From an uncultured archaeon (GTDB lineage: Archaea; Thermoplasmatota; Poseidoniia; MGIII; CAYLMJ01): DNA of 37,194 nt. Positions 15,049 through 23,489 of the stretch are shown here, piece by piece. A program made the translations under genes and the position numbers. The notes under the pieces were generated by a model. That model was not told the DNA's origin. It searched no databases and saw nothing but the letters and a program-made list of their open reading frames with translations. Each line of letters begins with the position of its first letter. The first letter of the stretch is position 1. The stretch spans positions 1 through 37,194 of the forward strand of contig CAYSUX010000002.1 in the NCBI GenBank assembly GCA_964434315.1, read 5' to 3'.

Positions 15049-17967
15049 ATGATGTGGCAGGACCTGTCGTTGAAACAGCGCCGAAATCTTACCCTCCTGG
15101 CCTTCGCCATGAGCACGCTCTTCATAATGGCCGGGTTCATCCCTGATGTGGGACGTGAGCCTGAGGAACGGGAGGACTTCTCCTATGACAGTCATCCGGT
15201 CTGGAAGGCCACCGACAGGGCTGAGAACAATCTGGAGCCCGAGTACTGGGGTATCTTCACCTTTGCGGCCGGAAAGGGAGAAGCGAACGCGCTGGACATC
15301 GAGGTACTAAGGGAGCTCACAGTTCGTCATGACTGGGTGATGGAGGATGATGGGCTCACAGCCTACTTTGACAATACTTTCAACTGGCAGGTGCGTCGCA
15401 ACACCACTACCGGACCCTGGTCCATCGCCGAGACCGTCCGGGATATCATGGACCGGCAAAGCCCGCTGGCCTATCCCGAGGCCCATGGCGGCATCAACTG
15501 GACCGGACCTGACTTCGACAATGCCACCCAGGCCGATGTTGATGTTCTTCTCAATCGCCTGCTCGATATCACCAGGTCCGATGGCGCTTTTTCCTACAGG
15601 TCGATCATCTCGCCCGATCTGTGTGTCGTCTCGGCAAACGGTCAATGTCGCCGGCCAGAGAACGAAGGGACAGGCCGATCGATATCCATGTACGCCGATG
15701 TGGGCGAGTCATGGAGGGCAAATGGTTTCTATATCCAGACCACGGTAAACTCGACGCGCTTTTTTACGGACTACACAAAGACGGCGGGCGAAGATAATTA
15801 TTTCGAGTATTACGAACAAGACCTGGACGAATACTACGCCCCATCGCTGGGAGTCCACCAGTCCATCGAAACCTATTCGCTCTCCGCCCTGGGTCTGGAG
15901 ATCGAGGATGAGATAGAATCGACAGGGCCCCTGGTATTGGTCTCTTTCATTTTGATGTTGACCGTACTGGCCTTTTTTTTCAGGAACCTCAGGGATGTGA
16001 TGGTCAGTGCCCTGGGTCTCGGCCTGCTCATCCTCTGGATATTCGGCACAGCGGCCTGGCTTGGTTTCCCCCAGACCCAGTTATCCTCGATGCTACCCAT
16101 CCTGCTGCTGGCTCTCGGTGTCGATTTCGTCATCCACAGCCTTCGACGTTGGCGTAAGCAAACACTCCATTCATCGGACTTCGGGTCCGATCCCGAACAA
16201 GCAAGCCTGAACGCGGCCTGGGAGTCGATCCATTCCCTTTTCCCGGCCCTGGGTGTTGCTACTCTGACAACCATAATCGCTTTTGGCACAGCAACCCTTA
16301 GCAACATTCCCGACCTGCGTGAATGGGGCATACTGGCCGCCATCAATATCTTCCAGGCCTATCTGATCATGGGTATATTCATCCCGATCCTCAGGAGTGG
16401 TTGGGCGCCCAAGCCGGCCAATGAACCAAACAACAAAACAAATAACAAAGCCGGTTCCTTGGAGCCTCCCAGCGAATCCGGATCGATCCTGGTGAAGCTG
16501 GCCGAGTTCCAACACGCCCACACCCTGCCGGTACTGTTACTCTTTATCCTGATCACCTTACTGCTCTCGCCCATTATCCTGGGCAATCCCAGCTCCGAGT
16601 TCGATGTGTCTGATTATGTGGACAATGACTCGAGATTCATCCGCTCTTTCAACATTTTCAAGGAGACCTTTCCCGAGAGTGGTGAACCGGGATATTTCCT
16701 GATCGAGGGAGATTCACTTCAGGACCCCCAGATAATGGGACCCATCTTCGAGCTTGAGCGTGAACTGGATGAACGCAAGCTGGCACCGTCCTATGTTCCA
16801 AGCCTGATCTTGGCCATCCAGGCCCAGATAGATCTCACCCACCAAGGTGGCCCCGGGTTCAATGTATCCAACTCCGGGATGGATGCCACCGGCCTGCCTG
16901 TGGACCCGACCGACCTTGTCCGCATCCTGAACGATATCCAGGCCAACGGTACCCGCAACCACCTTGACCCATTCCAGGCAACCTACACGTTCGAGGCCGG
17001 AGAGGCCCGTGAGCTCTTTCAGATAGAGAACGGGAACCTGATCCGTTTGCGGGTCTGGTTCGGTGTGGAGGACGCCGGTAACTGGGATTACATGGAAGGT
17101 CTGCTTGAAGACCTGGAGGACCTTCAAAAACCCCTGAATGCAAAACCCGGAGTGGCGATCCAGGTGGCGGGCCCCAGCTTTACCCGCTATGTCTATGTCA
17201 ATGAGATAACCGACAACTTCCAGACGAGTCTGCTCATTGCCATCGGAGCCTCCTTCCTGATCCTTCTTTTTGTGTTGCGGAACATCCGCCTGAGCATCAT
17301 CGCCATCCTGCCCATTGCGGCCATCACCATCTGGCTACGAGGGGGTATGGTGCTCACCGGTACAAGCATCAACCTGGTCACGGTCCAGATCTCCAGCCTG
17401 GCCATCGGCCTGGGAATCGATTACACCATCCACGTTGTCCAGAGGGTACGGGAGGCCCGACGGTTGAACCCCGAGGCAGGCCAGCTATCATGGATGAAGG
17501 ACACCATGGATGAGACCGGATCCGCCCTGTCAGCCTCGGCGGCCACTGATTTCCTGGGTTTCATGGTCCTGACCCTGTCAGCCATGCCCCTGTTCTTCAT
17601 GTTCGGACTGATCATGGGTCTGATGATAGTGTTGTCTCTGGTTTCGGCCATCGGCCTGCTACCGCCCCTGCTGATGAGGTTCGGCAGGCTGGAAGAAGGC
17701 GCTAGGGTATGGGCCGACAGGAAAAATAAGAACGATGGGATCGCTAATCAGAATAAGAAGCGGGAACCAAATAGAGATGATATAGATTCGCCGGAACTGG
17801 ACCATGCTGATGGAGAACAGGTTCGACCCGAAATAAAAGAACAGATGCCGGAAATAAAAGATGATGGCTTGCAAGATGATGCAAAGCCGGAAATCGATTC
17901 GATAACTGTCGAGCCGAGACTTCCGGTGCCTGCCAGGCTCATATTCAACAAGGATCCTGATGAGTGA
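15049..17967 (+). CDS. RND-superfamily / MMPL-type exporter with two large extracytoplasmic domains and a charged C-terminal tail
   Basis: Two repeats of (large loop + 5-6 TM bundle). TM-bundle sequences such as LLLALGVDFVIH and SSLAIGLGIDYTIHV are typical of the RND/SSD fold. Confidence 0.7.
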   Translation: MMWQDLSLKQRRNLTLLAFAMSTLFIMAGFIPDVGREPEEREDFSYDSHPVWKATDRAENNLEPEYWGIFTFAAGKGEANALDIEVLRELTVRHDWVMEDDGLTAYFDNTFNWQVRRNTTTGPWSIAETVRDIMDRQSPLAYPEAHGGINWTGPDFDNATQADVDVLLNRLLDITRSDGAFSYRSIISPDLCVVSANGQCRRPENEGTGRSISMYADVGESWRANGFYIQTTVNSTRFFTDYTKTAGEDNYFEYYEQDLDEYYAPSLGVHQSIETYSLSALGLEIEDEIESTGPLVLVSFILMLTVLAFFFRNLRDVMVSALGLGLLILWIFGTAAWLGFPQTQLSSMLPILLLALGVDFVIHSLRRWRKQTLHSSDFGSDPEQASLNAAWESIHSLFPALGVATLTTIIAFGTATLSNIPDLREWGILAAINIFQAYLIMGIFIPILRSGWAPKPANEPNNKTNNKAGSLEPPSESGSILVKLAEFQHAHTLPVLLLFILITLLLSPIILGNPSSEFDVSDYVDNDSRFIRSFNIFKETFPESGEPGYFLIEGDSLQDPQIMGPIFELERELDERKLAPSYVPSLILAIQAQIDLTHQGGPGFNVSNSGMDATGLPVDPTDLVRILNDIQANGTRNHLDPFQATYTFEAGEARELFQIENGNLIRLRVWFGVEDAGNWDYMEGLLEDLEDLQKPLNAKPGVAIQVAGPSFTRYVYVNEITDNFQTSLLIAIGASFLILLFVLRNIRLSIIAILPIAAITIWLRGGMVLTGTSINLVTVQISSLAIGLGIDYTIHVVQRVREARRLNPEAGQLSWMKDTMDETGSALSASAATDFLGFMVLTLSAMPLFFMFGLIMGLMIVLSLVSAIGLLPPLLMRFGRLEEGARVWADRKNKNDGIANQNKKREPNRDDIDSPELDHADGEQVRPEIKEQMPEIKDDGLQDDAKPEIDSITVEPRLPVPARLIFNKDPDE

Positions 17968-18040
17968 ATGGTCACGCCTGAAAGAACTGAAATGACCGAT
18001 CCCGACTGATCTTGATTTATATACCTATCGTCGTGAAAGA

Positions 18041-18361
18041 TTATCGCAGGTCCTCTCGGACCGGATGAAAGACATCCAGCAGTCGACAGTCGGTCAAAGA
18101 GCGACCCGAGTGTCTGGCATTGGCCGGTATCACGACCACCATGCCGGGCGTAAGGACGCGGGTCTTTCCTTCCACGGTCAACTCGAATCGACCTTCCAGC
18201 ACATTGGCTATCTGCTCATGGGGATGGTCATGTTCGGGCATTGGATGTCCAGCCTTGATATCCCAGTAGACCAGGGTCATGTTGGGGCTATGGACCATCC
18301 GGGCGTTGTAGCCATCAATGACCTCCCTCGTTGGGGTCTGGCTAAGATCGATGAAGCTCAC
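18041..18361 (-). CDS. cupin-domain protein. The start is placed at the in-frame GTG (VSFIDLSQ...). The maximal ORF extends to 18532.
   Basis: Cupin motifs GHPMPEHDHPHEQI and VVVIPANARHS. The ~55-aa N-terminal extension of the maximal ORF is Ser/Arg-rich and unlikely to be real. Confidence 0.65.
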   Translation of the reverse strand: MSFIDLSQTPTREVIDGYNARMVHSPNMTLVYWDIKAGHPMPEHDHPHEQIANVLEGRFELTVEGKTRVLTPGMVVVIPANARHSGRSLTDCRLLDVFHPVREDLR

Positions 18362-18549
18362 GGGTCTCGGGTCTCCTGATAGGTCGATGTTCAGGTCACA
18401 CCGGACAACCCGATAAGATATTCGGTACCCGTCCCGGCTTCGACTCGACCTGGACCGGGAACTCGATTTGTGAAATGGAATAGGGTATGGGGAGGTGATT
18501 TCATGAGGCGAAATAATTCCAGGATAACACACGGGATGAAGCCGAGAGA

Positions 18550-18672
18550 ATGGAAAGGGCTATATAGGCTGTCAAAGGCCCGGTCGAGCTCTCTAATATA
18601 GCCAGGGCTTCTATCTAGCTTCGATGGCCGGTGTTCCATCCTAATCTCTTTTCCATCTCACCATTCAATGCG
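18550..18672. repeat. copy a of a diverged ~120-bp direct repeat (partner at 19030-19150)
   Basis: TGGAAAGGGCTATATAGGCTG...CGATGGCCGGTGTTCCATCCTAATCT versus TGGAAAAGGCTAAATAGATGG...CGATGGTCGGTGTTCATTCCTTATCT. Confidence 0.6.
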
Positions 18673-19029
18673 TTGCACCCCAGCACCCATACCTCCTTCA
18701 CCGGCCATCACCATGTCCCTTCCCGGTCGAGTGACCGGCAGAGTGGGAAACGCGGAATGAGACCCTAGTTCAGGCCTCCGGCCCATGCCAAAGGGGACCT
18801 CCGGGAGAAGATCAGGGTCGATGAAACGAAATAATGGGGCTGGTCGATCAGGCTCAGGGATCAAAACGAACAGCACGAGAAGGGCATCTAAACGGCGGAA
18901 ACATCAGCGGCCTCGCCTGCCCGCCCGCCCGCCTGCTTGCTTGCCGGTTGACCTGATAGCCAGCCAGCCCGCTTGCCCACCGGCTTGCCTACCCGCCAGC
19001 CCGCTTGCCTGCCTGCCCGCTTGCTTGCT

Positions 19030-19150
19030 TTGGAAAAGGCTAAATAGATGGTTAAAACCAGAGTCCAGCCTTCTATTATACTCAAGAGCCCTAGCTCGAT
19101 ACGATGGTCGGTGTTCATTCCTTATCTATCAACCCTTTTATTCAATTCTT
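19030..19150. repeat. copy b of the diverged ~120-bp direct repeat
   Basis: See the copy a entry. The two copies are about 480 bp apart. Confidence 0.6.
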
Positions 19151-19373
19151 CTCCAGTATAACATCACCCACCCACCGGCCATCAACCCCTTCCGGGGTAT
19201 CAACACCCAGGGCCTCAGCTCCCCGGGCTTCGACCCCCTCCACATCAACTCCCCTTGACATCGACACCCAGGCCAGGGCCTCAGTTCCCTGAGCTTTGAC
19301 CCCCTTCACATCGACACCCTCGACATGAACTCCCTTGACATTATTAACCCAACAGCGATAGCCTGGACCGGAC

Positions 19374-19988
19374 ATGGGCACCACATCCGATTTCGAAGCT
19401 GACCCGGGCCTGACCCGCTGTCCCTGGGGCAGCCATGAGACCATGCTCGAATACCACGATACCGAATGGGGAGTGCCGGTCCACGATGATAGCAAGCACT
19501 ACGAGTTCCTGGTTCTGGAAGGGGCCCAGGCCGGCCTGAGCTGGTCCACGATACTCAAACGGCGTGAAGGGTATCGCAAGGCCTTTGCCGGTTTCGACTA
19601 TCGCAAGGTGGCCGGATATGACGGGACAAAGGTGGCAGAGCTATTGCAGGACAAGGGCATCATCCGCAACCGACTGAAGGTCAACTCGGCGATAAGGAAC
19701 GCCAGGGCCTTTCTGAGAGTTCAGGAGGAGTTCGGCAGCTTCGATGCCTATGTATGGCCCTTTGTGGGCGGCAAGCCCAAGGTCAATGGCTGGAAAAAAG
19801 AGAATCAGATACCGGCCACATCGATCGAGTCGGACACTCTGAGCAGGGATCTCAAGGCACGGGGTTTCAACTTCGTCGGTTCCACCATCATCTACGCCCA
19901 TATGCAGGCTACCGGCATGGTCAACGACCACCTTGTGAGCTGCTTTCGGTATGAGATGGCCCCTTTGGAGGTCGAGTCGAGTCTCTGA
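19374..19988 (+). CDS. tag: DNA-3-methyladenine glycosylase I
   Basis: RCPWGSHETMLEYHDTEWGVPVHDD, LEGAQAGLSWSTILKRREGYRKAF. Confidence 0.9.
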   Translation: MGTTSDFEADPGLTRCPWGSHETMLEYHDTEWGVPVHDDSKHYEFLVLEGAQAGLSWSTILKRREGYRKAFAGFDYRKVAGYDGTKVAELLQDKGIIRNRLKVNSAIRNARAFLRVQEEFGSFDAYVWPFVGGKPKVNGWKKENQIPATSIESDTLSRDLKARGFNFVGSTIIYAHMQATGMVNDHLVSCFRYEMAPLEVESSL

Positions 19989-20007
19989 ACGGCTGTTCAA
20001 CTCGACA

Positions 20008-20180
20008 ACCAGGGTCGTTGTCAAAGAGCTTTTGATAGGTCCCGTCGGCAAACTCCACTATGAAGTGCAGCTTGCCTTCAGCATGGGCGGCGGGCATGGT
20101 CAGGGTCTAGCTGGCCCGGTTTGCGGCTGAACCGGCAGGGGGCAATCGCCGGGATAACGCAGGATCACCGGGCGGCACTC
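20008..20180 (-). pseudogene. degenerate duplicate of an internal purQ segment (homologous to 20486-20659)
   Basis: About 80% nucleotide identity by eye (e.g. GCATGGGCGGCGGGCATGGTCAGGGTCTAGCTGG versus GCATGGGCTGCGGGCATGGTCAGGGTCTGGCCGG). It contains a stop in the purQ frame. Confidence 0.6.
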
Positions 20181-20230
20181 AAAACTCACGATGCTCATCT
20201 CTTTGCGCATACCGGGTTACCAATCCGGGG

Positions 20231-21100
20231 TCACGCCGCCTTCTCACACAGCCATTCCACAACCGACTCGAAAACAGTGCGGCCGTCACCGGGTCCCTCG
20301 GGGTCGGCCTGGCTGCCGGTCCAGTCGCTGTGCTGCCAGCGATGGAAAGCCCGCTCGGGATGGGGCATCAGACCCAGGACATTGCCGGCGGGATTGCATA
20401 GGCCGGCGATGTTGTGGGGCGCGCCATTGGGGTTCCAGGGGTAGCTGGCGTTGATGTCGCCTGCCGGGTCCACGTACTGGAATACCACCTGGCCGCCATC
20501 AAAGAGCTTTTTATAGATCTCGTCGGCAAACTCGGCCGGGAAGAGCAGCTTGCCCTCGGCATGGGCTGCGGGCATGGTCAGGGTCTGGCCGGCCTCCAGT
20601 TTGCGGCTGAAGAGACTGGGGCTCTCGCCTGGATAGCGCAGGATCACCGGGCGGCATTCGTAGCGGGCCGAGTCGTTGGTATTCAGGATGGCCTGCGGGG
20701 TCTTTGACAGTAGACCAGGACCATCGAGACCTGGGCCGTCGAGGCCGGGAAGGGCACCCAGCTCCACCAGGACCTGGAAGCCGTTGCAGACCCCCAGCAC
20801 CGGCCTTCCCTCCTCGATGAATCTGGACAGGGGCTTTGAGAGCCCGGCGCGGCTGCGGGCGGCAAAGATGGCTCCGGCGCGGATGTAATCACCGGCCGAG
20901 AAGCCGCCTGGGAAGAAGAGCAGGTCATAGTCCAGCAGGTCTCTGTGGCGAGCTTCGGCCACCTCTTTTAGCACCTGCTTCAGGTGCACCTGCTCGGCCT
21001 GGCAACCCAGGGCGGCAAAGGCTGCCGCCGACTCGGTCTCGCAGTTGGTGCCCTCGATGAGCAGGACGCACACCTTCAGGTCGCTTGGGTCCTGGGTCAT
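20231..21100 (-). CDS. purQ: phosphoribosylformylglycinamidine synthase subunit PurQ (glutaminase)
   Basis: KVCVLLIEGTNCE, GGFSAGDY, GVCNGFQVL (nucleophile Cys), MPHPERAF. The start is placed at MTQDPSDLK because the longer ORF (to 21220) would overlap ndk. Confidence 0.85.
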   Translation of the reverse strand: MTQDPSDLKVCVLLIEGTNCETESAAAFAALGCQAEQVHLKQVLKEVAEARHRDLLDYDLLFFPGGFSAGDYIRAGAIFAARSRAGLSKPLSRFIEEGRPVLGVCNGFQVLVELGALPGLDGPGLDGPGLLSKTPQAILNTNDSARYECRPVILRYPGESPSLFSRKLEAGQTLTMPAAHAEGKLLFPAEFADEIYKKLFDGGQVVFQYVDPAGDINASYPWNPNGAPHNIAGLCNPAGNVLGLMPHPERAFHRWQHSDWTGSQADPEGPGDGRTVFESVVEWLCEKAA

Positions 21101-21158
21101 GTTCTTCACTGGGGCATGAACTTGGGTCTTAAAAGCTGCCTTCGTACACTGGGAACTG

Positions 21159-21572
21159 CTATTGCTCGGGGAAGAAAATGGGTATCTCGCGTTGACCGCT
21201 GGCGACGCTGTCGGAACCATGGACCACGTTGTAGTCCATTATCATGCCAAAGTCGCCCCGGATGGTGCCTGGCGCGGCCTGGGCCGGATTGGTGGCGCCG
21301 ATGAGCTTGCGGCACAGGGCGACGGCCCCGGGCCCCTCCCAGACGGTGGCCACGACAGGGCCGGAGTGGATGTACTCCAGCAGTTTCTCGTAGAATGGTT
21401 TGCCGACATGCTCCTTGTAGAGCTCTGTGGATTGTTCCTTGGTAACGTTCAGGTGGCACAGGGCCAGCATATCCAGGCCGGCGTCCTCGAAACGGGAGAG
21501 GATGCGGCCGACCAGGCCCCGGGCAACCCCGTCGGGTTTGATCATGACATAGGTTCGCTCGATATCTGACAT
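21159..21572 (-). CDS. ndk: nucleoside-diphosphate kinase
   Basis: ERTYVMIKPDGVARGLVG, NVVHGSDS. Confidence 0.95.
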   Translation of the reverse strand: MSDIERTYVMIKPDGVARGLVGRILSRFEDAGLDMLALCHLNVTKEQSTELYKEHVGKPFYEKLLEYIHSGPVVATVWEGPGAVALCRKLIGATNPAQAAPGTIRGDFGMIMDYNVVHGSDSVASGQREIPIFFPEQ

Positions 21573-21635
21573 AGGTTACTGCCTCCGGTTCGGGTTGAAT
21601 ATCGGACTATCGAATCATCGGATTATCGCATCGGA

Positions 21636-21821
21636 CTATCGACCGGTACGGGCCTTCTGGGTCCAATCGACCCGGGCCGGGTTACGCTTGAGCTGGATCA
21701 TGTTCTTGCGGCACTTGGATTTGCAGAAATTGAGCACCTGTCCGTTCTTGCGCACATAGATCATGCCGGTGCCGGGCATCATATCGGACCCGCAGAAGGA
21801 ACAACGTCGTGTCTCAGCCAT
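21636..21821 (-). CDS. rpl24e: 50S ribosomal protein L24e
   Basis: CSFCGSDMMPGTGMIYVRKNGQVLNFCKSKCRKN. Confidence 0.95.
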   Translation of the reverse strand: MAETRRCSFCGSDMMPGTGMIYVRKNGQVLNFCKSKCRKNMIQLKRNPARVDWTQKARTGR

Positions 21822-21837
21822 GAAATGCCTCCTGGCG

Positions 21838-22044
21838 TCAGCGCCGATCCAGCGCTCGGGCCTCGCGGGCGGTCTCCCGTAACATCAGGACATCGCCTTT
21901 CTGTATCGGTCCCACCACATTGCGTTTGATGATGCGACCCCGGTCCCGACCATCCAGGACCCGGACCTTGACCTGGGTGGCCTCGCCGGTCATGCCTGTG
22001 CGGCCCAGAAGCTCGACCACTTCGGCCGGAATGCCCTCGACCAT
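21838..22044 (-). CDS. rps28e: 30S ribosomal protein S28e
   Basis: [56 protein letters not shown]. The start is placed at the internal Met of the 127-aa ORF. Confidence 0.9.
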   Translation of the reverse strand: MVEGIPAEVVELLGRTGMTGEATQVKVRVLDGRDRGRIIKRNVVGPIQKGDVLMLRETAREARALDRR

Positions 22045-22055
22045 GTTCGGGCCTC

Positions 22056-22427
22056 CTACTTGGTGGCGGCCTTGATGGCCTTGACCACTTCGTCCAGGGG
22101 ACCGCTCTTCTTGCCGGTGCCGGTGATGGCCACAGCGGCGGTGGTCACCTTCAGGCCGGCGGCCCGTCCCAGTTCGTCCCGCTTGGGTACATAGGTGTAG
22201 GGTGTGCTCTTCTCCTGACATAGCATGGGGATGTGGGCCAGGATCTCCGGTGGGGTGACATCCGTTGCCATTATCACAAGTTGGGCCTGGCCACGCTCGA
22301 TGACCTTGGTGACCTCGTTGGAGCCCTTGCGCAGCTTGCCGTTCTCCAGGGCTGCCTCCACTGCCTGGTAGGCCAGTTCCTGCAATTCGGCCGGAGCGTC
22401 GTAGGTTACGTAGATGGGATCTGCCAT
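22056..22427 (-). CDS. rpl7ae: 50S ribosomal protein L7Ae (K-turn binding)
   Basis: [56 protein letters not shown] lies 7 nt upstream of the ATG at 22427. Confidence 0.9.
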   Translation of the reverse strand: MADPIYVTYDAPAELQELAYQAVEAALENGKLRKGSNEVTKVIERGQAQLVIMATDVTPPEILAHIPMLCQEKSTPYTYVPKRDELGRAAGLKVTTAAVAITGTGKKSGPLDEVVKAIKAATK

Positions 22428-22664
22428 TGTTTTACCTCCAAAGGACCGCTTCGACATCCTTTCGTCACTGACGAGAATGCAAGGCGATATCCTACTTCAT
22501 TGGTGAGGTTTGGAGTGTGGCCAGGCAGGAGGGGGTATATAAGCCTTGGAAGGAATTTGAAGGTATCACCGCAGTACATTCTCGCTTCTCTTCATGGTCT
22601 AGTCCAAAAGCTAAAAGCCCAAGGTATTTCGTTTCATGGGATCTATTGCTCCATTGCTCCATTG

Positions 22665-23039
22665 TCAATGGGCCCGGAGTTCTCATGAGGATTGCGCTAT
22701 GGGTCAGGCCCGCGATGGGGCCGGGGGCTGCCGTAGGCGTGGCGGCCCCGGCTTTGGCATAGCGGCGGGTGGGGCCGGCGTCGACATTATTGCAGGCGGG
22801 CCTGGCGGCGGCGCCCAGGCAGCGGAGGGGTCTGGCGGGGGCTATGGGTATGGGGTATCGCCAGCCCGGTGACGCGATGCCTCGGCCAAGTAGCTGGTGT
22901 GGGCCACCGCCATGAGGCATGCTCTCGAACGGCTGTTGTAAGCGGCAGGGTCCTTCGGTTGCTACATGCGCCAGGCTATGGGGCGGCAGGGAGCCGGGCG
23001 TTACGGAATGGCTGCTGACGCTGACAACGGCCCCATTGA
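22665..23039. ncRNA. candidate structured RNA of unknown class (strand undetermined)
   Basis: Very GC-rich with no protein-like ORF. Closing helix TCAATGGGCC / GGCCCCATTGA. A 13-bp hairpin lies at 22720-22752 and a 6-7 bp hairpin at 22800-22820. No RNase P or SRP signature was recognised. Confidence 0.25.
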
Positions 23040-23147
23040 TCGAGTCGTTATTCCAATGGGCTGTGGGCTGTGGATTCATGGTTAATGCTTCATGCTTCAT
23101 GCTGAAGGGTTATATACCCAAGCGGATTAGCGCCCGCCGGGATTCCC

Positions 23148-23315
23148 ATGGAAGAGTCTCTCTGTCGCATCGAAATCACTCGTGAGGACGACCGATTCGT
23201 GGGTCGCATGCATTCAGCCCTGGGCGGGAACCGGGAGTATTCCAGCCTGGCCTTCGATCGTATGCTGAACCAGTTGGTCTCCGAACTGCAGGACGAGTTC
23301 GATCTGGAAGCCTAG
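23148..23315 (+). CDS. small hypothetical protein (55 aa), below the ORF-track threshold
   Basis: MEESLCRIEITREDDRFVGRMHSALGGNREYSSLAFDRMLNQLVSELQDEFDLEA. TTATATA box at 23110-23116, ~35 nt upstream of the ATG (archaeal near-leaderless layout). Confidence 0.3.
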   Translation: MEESLCRIEITREDDRFVGRMHSALGGNREYSSLAFDRMLNQLVSELQDEFDLEA

Positions 23316-23489
23316 GCGCGGTCCCGGTGGTCCAGAGCCTCATTCTTTCTCGTTCCAGACCAGGCCATCCCCTTCCGGAACCTCGGCATCGGCTCGGTGG
23401 TCATTTCTTTTCTTATTCGAATTCGAACTCACATCGGCGATTCGTCAAGAGCCATAGCCCGGGTCAACGGTTCTGTTCACTCTGATTCG

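Noticed and set aside
18391-19258. ORFs 18391-18639(-), 18658-18876(-), 18785-19258(+) and 18888-19118(-)
   Set aside because: They translate low-complexity DNA (PACLPA / AGRQAG repeats) or start inside a diverged DNA repeat whose substitutions are not codon-patterned. No family resemblance was seen.
21101-21220. N-terminal extensions of maximal ORFs: purQ to 21220, S28e to 22221, L7Ae to 22457, fixX to 36097, cupin to 18532, and the surface protein to 32517
   Set aside because: The extensions overlap the upstream gene or are low-complexity. Internal Met/GTG starts give proteins of canonical length, and for L7Ae and fixX they also give an SD or ATGA coupling signal.
22428-22520. Possible K-turn in the L7Ae mRNA leader (CGUCAGUGACGAAAGG) for autoregulation
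   Set aside because: I could not draw a canonical C-stem / 3-nt bulge / tandem G-A arrangement with confidence from the sequence alone. It is a plausible idea but unsupported here.
22880-22920. SRP Alu-domain-like string on the minus strand (GGCGGUGGCCCACACCAGCUACUUGGCCGAGGC)
   Set aside because: It lies in the middle of the candidate RNA rather than at its 5' end. No helix-8 GNAR/AGCA signature was found on either strand, so the resemblance is probably coincidental.
22492-23100. 202-aa minus-strand ORF between rpl7ae and the next gene
   Set aside because: The composition (P/G/A/H/T-rich) is not protein-like, and the ORF spans tandem DNA repeats. The region is better explained as non-coding, possibly a structured RNA.
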